Part shown: positions 24,500 through 34,431 of the stretch, piece by piece | Layout of the letters: each line of letters starts with the position of its first letter | How positions within the stretch are numbered: the stretch's first letter is position 1 | Origin: Octopus bimaculoides | Taxonomy: Eukaryota | Assembly: GCF_001194135.2 (NCBI RefSeq) | Contig: NC_068983.1 | Span: 77,002,889-77,044,114 of the forward strand | Length of the DNA stretch: 41,226 nucleotides | Direction of reading: 5' to 3' | Made by a program: the position numbers and the translations under genes | Notes under the pieces: generated by a model | Told to the model about the DNA's origin: nothing | The model's database searches: none | Seen by the model: the letters and a program-made list of their open reading frames with translations, nothing else

Positions 24500-25149
24500 A
24501 ACATTTGATCACTTGTTTTCTGTATTCAAAGTTCGGACAGAACTTATGGGATGACCTGATACAAAATCTGTAACATAATATTTATCTCCTCTTAGGAAGT
24601 CGTTATATATGAAATGCATGTAACTGTATGCGATAATTTTATAAAAGAATTACCACTAGAGTAGCTATTCATCAAATTCTACTTCAAGTAATAACATTAT
24701 TTCGAAAAATAAATGACGCATTGTATAATGTTATGCCAAAAACCATTGTCATTGCTACGTTGTAAGATTGAAATCGCAACATGAAATCTCGCCATAGTTT
24801 ACAGCAATCTTTGAGAATTGAAAATGCATTCAGTGAGAATTGTATATGAAGAAAGCTAGAAAATATGTAATTCAGTGGGTATATTTCAAATATTAGGAAA
24901 ACGTTTAACTGAGTGGTATATCCAGAAAATTTCGTCATATATTTCAACACAGAAAAAGTCTAATACTCCTCCTCCTAATCGCCACCTCTTCCTATTCGAT
25001 GTCATCATCGTTCATTTTACCACTACCGTCACCGCATCCATTTTTCTCATTTTCATTTGTAAATAATAAGGCTCCTTTATGATATATCCACTATTTTACA
25101 ATCATGTTATGCATTTCAAAATAATTAAGAACTAAATGGGAATAGTCCT

Positions 25150-25930
25150 GACAACCTACTCCCGCTATGTTGACATAGTAGAAAAAAACTTCCACAAGAT
25201 AATATGTATGATCTAGAAGCTAGCACCATTGAGAGGGTCCAACAAATAACTGGATAATTATAGATTACACTAGTAAGCACCACAAGTACAGACTAAATGT
25301 TTTAGACACTAAACTCTGACTGAAAACTAAGAATGACAAAGTCCAAATACTCTATTCGTATTGTGCCAAACACCTTACAGCCAAATACTGAACCATCGGA
25401 ACAAAGCAAGTGTTGAAAATACCAAGTTCAATATCCTAATAGCGGACTTGATAAGGGTGATGAAAAACGAATTCCGCACATGTGATACAACAGATTGAGA
25501 GAGACACATACAGGATTTCATTCACCACATACAATGACCAAGGTACAGACAAAGAGGAAGATCAGTGTTTAAAGAAAAATGTAACGTATCAATATAATGT
25601 AATAGCAGGAGATCATAAGTATTATTACATAGTTTCATGTGCCAGAATTTGGATATCTAGATGTCATAATCACTCTCATTCATTTAAGTATAGAAGAAAA
25701 GTAATTTTAGAAATCTTAGTAAATGCATTTGAGATTTAAAAGACAGGAATATTAAGTATGACTTACGGTGCCCTACCGTTAGTTACACACCATCGTACAA
25801 TAGCGACAAACCTACATGTGATGTTTGCTTTGAAGATATGTATTATACAATTTTTTCTAAATTAATTTTATTAAATTTTACCAGGTATTTTACAATGAGA
25901 TATCGTCACAAATTTCGGAAGCCATTTTAA
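25150..25930 (+). mobile_element. Penelope-like element remnant: GIY-YIG endonuclease C-terminus
   Basis: QCLKKNVTYQYNVIAGDHKYYYIVSCARIWISRCHNHSHSFKYRRK, then after a frameshift LSKCI*DLKDRNIKYDLR...SYNSDKPTCDVCFEDMYYTIFSKLILLN...RHKFRKPF*. Same layout as 1593-2145. The upstream boundary is uncertain. Confidence 0.8.
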
Positions 25931-26433
25931 TATTTCAATTTTTAATTATACTCGTTTTTCAAGTTATACAATATGCATAATATTTCTAACAAAGGTTTAC
26001 TATATTTAATAATTAGATAACTAATCACCGTGACGTAGAGTCCGTATGTTTTGTAATTGTCATAATGTAGAATTCTAATATTCTTTTTTCTTTTTCCGTT
26101 ATCCAAAAACGTCACGAATGGTTGAACACAAAAATAATTTTTCATATATTACATTTCTTCTAAACGTTCTTTTTGTATGCGTTCATGTACTGAAAATGTT
26201 TTCTTAGTTGTCTTTGAATTTAATAAAATTCTGATCGCCTTGGAAACGTTGCGTTTAAATATATTTTCGGATATATTAATTTCAATTATATTTTCTATAT
26301 ATCAATATGTTGATACAGTAGAAAAAAATGGCAGTTTTCTATAGTAAATTCCACAACATATATATCAGTGGACAAAGGAGAGAAAGTCACTGAACATATT
26401 GATTGGTGTTACATGTATTATTCAAAACAGCGT

Positions 26434-26583
26434 GATTCGGATTCCATGCTACTTCAAGCTTCGAAGGGCCTAACGGAAAATACCTCTTCGGGCTGGTAAT
26501 AATCCGATTTCGGATTCTTAGCAACCTGACGAGAAATACTGCCTTAGGGCTTTCAGAACGGGAAATAGCGTGGCATCCGAATC
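26434..26583. repeat. 150-bp imperfect palindrome (old MITE or foldback)
   Basis: Two 74-bp arms around a TT centre (26508-26509); 53 of 74 positions are complementary with no gaps. Confidence 0.85.
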
Positions 26584-26599
26584 AAACTCCTTTGCATTA

Positions 26600-26647
26600 T
26601 ATATACACACACAAGTATGTATGTAAGTATGTGTGTATGTATATATA

Positions 26648-26717
<70 letters not shown>

Positions 26718-26724
26718 CATATAT
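26600..26724. repeat. (TA)n/(TATG)n
   Basis: Direct reading. Confidence 0.95.
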
Positions 26725-26767
26725 ATTTGTTTTCCAAGATTTTGGATGTGAAATTGTGTGTTGAAAC

Positions 26768-27014
26768 AGATGTTGTTGTACTTGGGGATGGTCATATTGC
26801 CAGTTTAGCCAATAAAAACACACGCACTGTATATTTGGTGTTAATTTGCTTCAGCTTTATATTACATTATATTACATTAATCCTATTTCGGCCAGAGTTC
26901 TCTCGTCACACTTCTGTGACCTCATCAGTGGTCCTTTGCTTTCTTCTTTCTTATGTGTGTCTCACCTTGCTAACTATCAGCCATTTTGTATTTTGTATTC
27001 CTAATATTAGGAAT
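26768..27014 (-). mobile_element. Second copy of the HHR-bearing short element (core GAAA changed to GAGA)
   Basis: The rc matches 24276-24499 apart from slippage tracts and reads CTGATGAGGTCACAGAAGTGTGACGAGAGAACTCTGGCC. Confidence 0.88.
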
Positions 27015-27081
27015 GTATATATGTATATATATTCATATATATACAAGTATGCACATGTATATATACATACACGCATATAAA

Positions 27082-27191
27082 TTTTGTATTCCTAATATTA
27101 GGAATACAAAATACAACATGGCTGATAGTTAGCAAGGTGAGACACACATAAGAAAGAAGAAAGCAAAGGACCACTGATGAGGTCCCCATGT

Positions 27192-27200
<9 letters not shown>
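27082..27200 (+). mobile_element. Third, internally deleted copy of the HHR element, head-to-head with the second
   Basis: ...GGACCACTGATGAGGTC joins directly to CCCATGTACAACAACA (the element's 3' end). Confidence 0.85.
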
Positions 27201-27233
<33 letters not shown>

Positions 27234-28717
27234 ACACGCACATATATGTCTATATTTAGCAAATGAAATTATTTTAAAATCTGTTATTAAAAACAGTCCG
27301 TTATCGGATATGCTGTGATTGCAGCACTAAATCATATGAGTATATGGGAATGCTAATTCAAAGTACGTCAATGCAATTATCACCTGAGATGCTAATAAAT
27401 CTTTTAAACTGAGAGAGATACATTTATAAAATCTTTATGAAAATAATCATTCATACGGCTTTCATTGAACATCTAATATTTTACGAAGCTTTTTGTTCAT
27501 TACTTGTTATATTTTATTTTATCATTATTAAAACGTGTTAGTTCACGAAATACATCGGCATTTTGTTCCTTATTTCTGAATGTGTATTGAATGAGCATTA
27601 TTTTTTTGCATTATTCATAAAGTCTATCGTAGGCTATTGAGTATACATTATAGTATCTTCCACACGTTTAACAGCGAAGAATGAACTCTAATGCTAATTC
27701 TCGTATTATAACAGAATTAATATTTGACAGTTGACAAATGAGCAACCATTGCTGGCCAAATCAATGTATTTATATTCCTTTGCTGGATGCGTACCTTTCC
27801 AGACGTTTTCAGCAGTCGATAGGTTTGATTAAAATTTCTTATTAATCTTTAGACAGTACAATTTCGCAATGGAAAGATAAACGTAAAGGTGATAGTACAA
27901 ATTATACTATTAAAAATTGCACAATTATTTCGAGTGTTAAGTCTGTTCAAGTGTCGAATTAAGAACTACATATAACAAAATGCTAAAGGATACACTGGCT
28001 CTGATTAGAAGAAATCGGAGAATAAATTGTCATGGAATTTATTTAGGTAAATTTCACTTTATTAAGATAATTGACAACCAATAAGCACCATGCACTTCAA
28101 GAAACACATGTTTTGTACACACACACACACACACACACACACACCAGATATAATGAGATCTATATTTACTTTGTACGTCAGGTTAACATATATTTATAAC
28201 TCCATGATTGCTCCTGTATCACCAAAGAAAAATTGAGAAAAACCCGTATAATAGTGTACGTTCCATCTACAGATATTGATGCTTTTGAGTACAGATTTTT
28301 CATTTTACGGCTTAAGAAACTTTAACGTGAATCACTTGAATAAAAGTTTTCTTTAATCAGATAAGAAAATCCTTTTAAGATATAAGTGGCTTCAAATATA
28401 ATTCATATCATGAATAAAAGAGAAATCTCCATCTCATATCACTATAACAAATCTTTTACATAAATTGACCGATATTTTGTAAGCCACACCCATTTCCTCG
28501 GTGAATATGTCCTCCACTTTTCATGCATATTATTGATTCTTACCCGGCAATCCACGCTGACCGGTTTTTTTTTAATCTTCTGGAAGTAACACGTACTCAA
28601 TCATTTCTTCGTAACCACATTTATCCCTTTTTCCTCCTTACTCATACAACATTAATTTACCTTCTATGAAATGTAAAGCAATATTTGGCTTGACATCACA
28701 CAATGCAAAGGGTTAAA

Positions 28718-28832
28718 GTTACGTTTCTTACAAGCAAAGTGTTACGTTTCTGACCAACAAAGGGTTACGTTTCTTACTAGCAAAATATTACATTTATTAT
28801 CAGGAAATGATTACGTTTCTTGCCAGCAATAC
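28718..28832 (+). repeat. Minisatellite, 5 x 23 bp (consensus GTTACGTTTCTTACCAGCAAAxx)
   Basis: Units start at 28718, 28741, 28764, 28787 and 28810. Confidence 0.9.
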
Positions 28833-28954
28833 AGGGTCAAACTTTTAAGACACCATTGAGTAGATACTGTGAAGACAAATAATTCAAGACTGAAATTATA
28901 AAGGTCTGTAACATCCTTTCTATGACCCGCATAAGGCCTGGAATTTGGTGAGAC

Positions 28955-29112
28955 GTGACTAATCAATTATGTTGACTCCAGTACTTTACTGGTACTTAAT
29001 TCATCGACTCCGAAAGGATGAAAGGCAAAGTCAACCTCAGAACGTAACGACGCGCGAAACACTGCCAAGCATTTCGTCCAGCGTGCTAATGATTCTGCCA
29101 GCTTGCCGCTTT
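28955..29112 (-). mobile_element. Octopus-type SINE (second family)
   Basis: rc reads AAGCGGCAAGCTGGCAGAATCATTAGCACGCTGGACGAAATGCTTGG...GAGGTTGACTTTGCCTTTCATCCTTTCGGAGTCGATGAATTAAGTACCAGT; family recognised from memory. Confidence 0.78.
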
Positions 29113-30894
29113 ATAGAGGCCGGTAAAATAACAATACATGATGGAATGCTGGAACGAAATCTAATTAATTAAATTCTTACTTCTCCCTGTTATCAGAAAC
29201 AATACTTTCAGTAAGGATTGATGCAAAGCAAAGAAGAAGTTGTATACGATAAACTAATGTGGATAAAATGTCTTTAAATCCACTGTTTTGGTGGTTGATA
29301 GTTTTTCTATTTAATAGTTTCATATAACTATTCACTCCAAATAATGCTTCGCCTTATCCCATGAGAATAACAAACAGTCGCTTGACTTTTCTGAATTGAA
29401 CTAAGTAAACACGTGCTGTAAGAGGTACAGAAATATGAACAATTTCACTGAGAATTGAGGAACATACACAGAGGCGGAATATTTCATTGAAAAAAAAACA
29501 CAAAGCATTCAATATAGAAAATAATAAGGCAGTCATTTACGAAGGATACATCGAATATGAAAGTGGTGAATAGTTAAAAGTAACCACATTTTCTTAAGGT
29601 GCCTACGCCCAGCCAGCAGAACTTTCAAGTGAAGCATTATGATAATATTACGAAACAACTTGCAAGAGCTGATACAATTGTGCAAAACGAAAGGTTTGAA
29701 AACAATAATAAATTTTTAGCTTATTGGAATATGTCAGTCGATTATACGGTGTCTTCAGTGCAAATTTGCCAGCTAGTTGTTGTAGAGTGACTGCCCACTC
29801 CAATAGTGTGTTATGTATTAAAAAAAAAGCTTTGAAGCAAATATCTGTAATGATATCCAGAATATATTGAACGACAAACAATTCTTTTATGAAACATTAT
29901 CTGACATAATTTGACATGCAGGCACACGTAAGAAACACCTTGAATACAAATGTACACGGCATGTAGTTTATATTACTGCTACACACTACAAACATTGGAT
30001 AAACAGTATATTCAACGGAATAGAAAACAGAGAATCAAATCCAACTACCAATTCTACGTAAGATATGAAGCTTTAGGCACATGTGCAGTGAAAATCTATG
30101 ATAACATTAAGACTGTAGAATAACAATAATGAGGGGAATATCTATAGCAGCGATATATCTGGAATATAAAATTACGTGTGTTTTACAACATTGAATACAA
30201 TATTTTCTGAAGTTTTATTCCATTAAATGACTTGTCCTTGATTGATAGCATGTATGGTTGACTTAAATATCATAATGTCGATGGCTCTGGAACAAAATAT
30301 GCCGTATGTAATTATAGTAAGGTATTTTGTTTGATACTCAAACTATACTGTTAAACATTGTACGTATTAAAAAATAACACATAGCATATTATTATTGACG
30401 ATAGTAAGCACTGTATCTCCGGATAATATGTAATGAAGATAACATCATTGTCTTCATTTTATTATTTACATTAATGCCTACAAAGTGATAAAGTACACTA
30501 ACATTTTCTTTAGAAAGAGTTTTAATTAAGTGCAATCAGCTTCGGTGATTAAATATATAATTAAAGTAGGAGCTGATAATGTTGCTGCTCCATGGCGTGG
30601 TAACACTCGCTCATTCACCGGCTGTTATTTGTTACCACCTACTCAACCGAAAGATCTGAAATTTACAGGTGGAACAAACATTCCTTAGCATACGATGACT
30701 ATAAACTATTCATGTTAATATTATAAACCTAATCACACAGTGAGGCACATAGAGTACCTGGTAGGTTATTCTGCCTTTGCAACTTTTAGTAAAGAAAATC
30801 TGAATCAAGACCTTAACGAAAAAAATATGCAAACCCTTCATTATATAGACCGCAATTCCTTCCTTTGTTTTCCCATCTACCTGCACGATTCTAT

Positions 30895-31013
30895 GCATGT
30901 GTATGCGTGCGCGTGTGTCTCTGTGTGGATTGTATATGATTATATGTGTGTATATTTGTATTTATTTACATATATATACATTCGGACACAGACACATAAA
31001 CACAAACACACAC

Positions 31014-31086
<73 letters not shown>

Positions 31087-31145
31087 TACACACATTTAAT
31101 TGTATATATATCGAAGTATATATATATATATATAGATATACATGT
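30895..31145. repeat. (TG)n/(TA)n/(CA)n compound microsatellite
   Basis: Direct reading. Confidence 0.92.
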
Positions 31146-31259
31146 ATTTGTCCCTGTGAGATTATTGAAATATGTCAACTTCCTTAAAGGCATTCTGTCC
31201 TAATTTGCACTTTTAGAGTATGTCATATCCACAAAGCATTTAATCGAAACATCAGTCAC

Positions 31260-31319
31260 GGAGGTGCTCCAGCACGACCACTACTGCAGGGTTGAAACGA
31301 GTAAAAGAGCAAAAGAGTA
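31260..31319 (+). mobile_element. Isolated 3' tail of the 13301-13719 SINE family
   Basis: GGAGGTGCTCCAGCACGACCAC...TGAAACGAGTAAAAGAGCAAAAGAGTA matches that SINE's tail. Confidence 0.7.
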
Positions 31320-32936
31320 TAAGTGTTTATTCTTCAATTTCTCTCACGTGTTTGTTTATGCTTTTCTGCCCTTTTCTTGTTGCTCTTACACTATTTGTAG
31401 AGCTTGCTGCTGCTAATATTGCAATATTGCTTTATAATATTCACTCAATTCTAAACTCAGCTATTAGACGCTCTCTGATTTTGCAACAGCTGGTGAATTT
31501 CTGGCCATCTATGTTCAAATGTTTTCAACTATCCTATATTATTACAACCTTGAGCTCATATCACATGACATCCAGACATTATTTTTAATAATGAAAACTG
31601 AACGCGTGTGATGATATTAAAATATAAAATAAATTATTTTTACGAAATATGTTAAGACGTAGGTTCAATCTTCGTATGCAACTTCGATTAAAAGTAACCG
31701 ACGCAAATCTGTACTCATTTGGAAAACTTGGAGTGAAGTGGATGGAAGGAAATAAGTGTTTGGTATTAAATGCTCTATATTATGGAAGGATAATTTATTA
31801 ATAAACCCATATAATTTCCCCCCTTTACTTTCTTTGTAACTTGATGTATGCAGCAATGCAGTATCTTCCATATTTATCACCTATTTCCAAAAATGAATAC
31901 GTTTTAAAAGTATGCGACACTAATTCCCTTTTAATGTCATAAATGATATGAAAATGAATAGGACTTCTTATCAAGGTGTGACAGTAATTTTCCTATTGTT
32001 TACAACAACTTTATCTGAGAGACTTTTCTTTACCAGTCTGATATACATTTCTGTGTGAAGACTAGGAAGATAGCATCTCACACTATAGTATAACTTATAG
32101 TGGTATCTTATATAACATGTTATCCAACACCAAATTTAAGCACAGAATACCAGTTAGATTACCTTTGCAATTTTAGAACACATAAGGAGAAACGTCTCTG
32201 AAGATAATAGCGTCCTACAAAGTTCGTGTCAAGCTATTGACAAATTTTGAAATGTGCGGTAATCATGGAACACATTAAGAAATTTTAGTTGAAATGTGTT
32301 CTTCCAGGAAAGGCCAAACTAGTTATATTTTATTCCATTAACAGTAAACAGAAAAAAAGTAACCGGGAGATTTGGTGACGCTATTTTGAGTTTGATAACT
32401 CAAGTTTCTTCCATTTTATTTAAATACAAGATGGACAATATACATCAACGGCATAGCAGATGTAACCAAAACATATATTAATGAAAGCTTCCAATTGGTA
32501 TAACTCTAAATAAGCAATTAGTGTACATATTTACAGGAAGACTGGAAGATTGAGATCGTAAGAAATGCAGCATTCAGTGCGTAAATTATATAAGAATTCA
32601 AATGTGTTTGAGAACATTCTTTCCCAATTTCATTTTCTACTAAAATTTTAATTTCCTCCGTTAGTGATATTACTTTCGAATATTTTCTAGCTTAGTTTCT
32701 AAACGTATCATCCAATCTCCATTTAAACACTTGTTGTTTACGAAAACTTTCAGCATAGACTCTTATCTAGCCTTTATAAATATTCAATGATTTTATCGCA
32801 CCAGCGTATTTTCTTTTTTTCAACTTCGATTTCTCTTTCCTTTTCAACTTCTATTTTGTTTAATTTTTTTTCGAATTATCTCATTGGTTATTTCTTATTT
32901 ATTCACCATATATTATGTCAAACACACAGCTTACAT

Positions 32937-32937
<1 letters not shown>

Positions 32938-33002
<65 letters not shown>

Positions 33003-33005
33003 ACA

Positions 33006-33079
<74 letters not shown>

Positions 33080-33700
33080 CACACACATGGGAATGTATAT
33101 ATGCATTTATATTTATAGAGACAGATAGGCAGACGTGAGTATATATACGTATATCTATATATATAAGGATATACATACGTACATACATATATACATGCAT
33201 ATATATATAATGTATGTATATACATATTAACACACAGCCCCACGCGCACCCATATACCACACCTACACATGCTCACACGAACACATACATATACCCATAC
33301 ACGCACACACAACTACAGGCATATGTACACACTGATACACGCACACACATACAAACACATGTACACACTCACGTACACAAACACGCGCACACACGCACAC
33401 ACACTTACACACATATACATATGCATACACATACACATGCACATACACATACACAATTACGCATACATGGGCATATGCACACACGCACACACATGCATGC
33501 ACACACGCCCACGCACTTACATAGAGGAACGTACATATACTCCACACACACAACCCCACTCACACACACGCACATACACGCATGCATACACACACATACA
33601 CACAAGCACACACACAGACGCATGCACACACTACACACAAAGCACACACACCACATGTACATACAGGCACATTCATATATACACACGCACATGTGAAAAG
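32938..33700. repeat. (CT)n, (CA)n and a long degenerate CA/CACG/CATA tract
   Basis: Direct reading; source of the His/Thr-rich and Cys/Val-rich ORFs. Confidence 0.95.
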
Positions 33701-33844
33701 ACAAAGCTAAACAAAGCACCGCCACTCCTGTTACCTTGCTGCTTAGTTCTTCCTACAACATTAAGAGACACAAAGTACACTCACACATATAAACAGCCAT
33801 AAACAAACAGACACCACACACACACACACACACACACACAGACC

Positions 33845-34190
33845 TCCGCGCTTGCACATACCTCCTTCTCTTACACTCTCCTGTCTTAGAAAGGAGTTTT
33901 TCTTCACCCATTCCTTCCGGTCACTTCACAATGTAACCACGTTGCCGATTTTCTTACTCCGTCTTCCTTTCTATTGGACTTCCCTCTGTTTCTTAAGACG
34001 AACATATATATATATATATGTTAAAGACTGTCATACCGGCCATGACGAAGGGAAATAGCCCTGAAACTCGAGTCGCCTTTATATATATATATTTATATTT
34101 ATATATTTATATATTTGATCCTTTATATTGAACACTCAATATTTCATCTACATTCAATACTTTATTTCATGGTGCCATCCATTTTTATTT
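33845..34190 (+). mobile_element. Probable PLE terminal-repeat remnant
   Basis: A pyrimidine-rich segment, then the HHR motif, an AT-rich tract and CATGGTGCCATCC (34168-34180). That last motif resembles the ATATGACCATCCCC end motif of the 24276 family. Confidence 0.5.
34038..34077 (+). ncRNA. Minimal type I hammerhead motif with a 1-nt core insertion
   Basis: GGC-C[A]TGACGA-AGGG aaatag CCCT-GAAA-C TCGA GTC/GCC; palindromic stem III ACTCGAGT and a canonical GUC triplet. Confidence 0.72.
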
Positions 34191-34380
34191 TATTTTATAT
34201 TATATATTGTATATTATATATATATTGTATATTCCATATTCTATACCCCACATTAGTTCTGCAGGAATATAAATAAAACATAAAAAACAGACAGTGTTGG
34301 AACCCTTTTAAGCAAAATAATATATTCCTCTATACACAATCATACAAAAAAATCCACCTTTTTTTGTATTTATTTTTACT

Positions 34381-34431
<51 letters not shown>

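Larger units (their letters stand above)
23050..24561 (+). mobile_element. Near full-length mariner with both TIRs, TA ends and a nested insertion
   Basis: Left TIR tatcaggtcttcccatatgttctgtcc (23050-23076) matches the rc of the right TIR (24535-24561) at 25 of 27 positions. Length is about 1276 bp after removing the 236-bp insert. Confidence 0.93.

Noticed and set aside
26525-26560. CTGACGAG inside the 150-bp palindrome as a hammerhead core
   Set aside because: No correctly placed stem II-GAAA or cleavage site.
28707-28716. AAAGGGTTAA as a piggyBac right end
   Set aside because: No left TTAACCCTTT was found, and the motif matches the adjacent minisatellite junction CAAAGG-GTTA.
28718-28832. 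CRISPR-like array
   Set aside because: Tandem units with no unique spacers, in eukaryotic context with no cas genes.
33214-33802. His/Thr-rich ORFs of 160 and 177 aa
   Set aside because: They are translations of a degenerate CA microsatellite.
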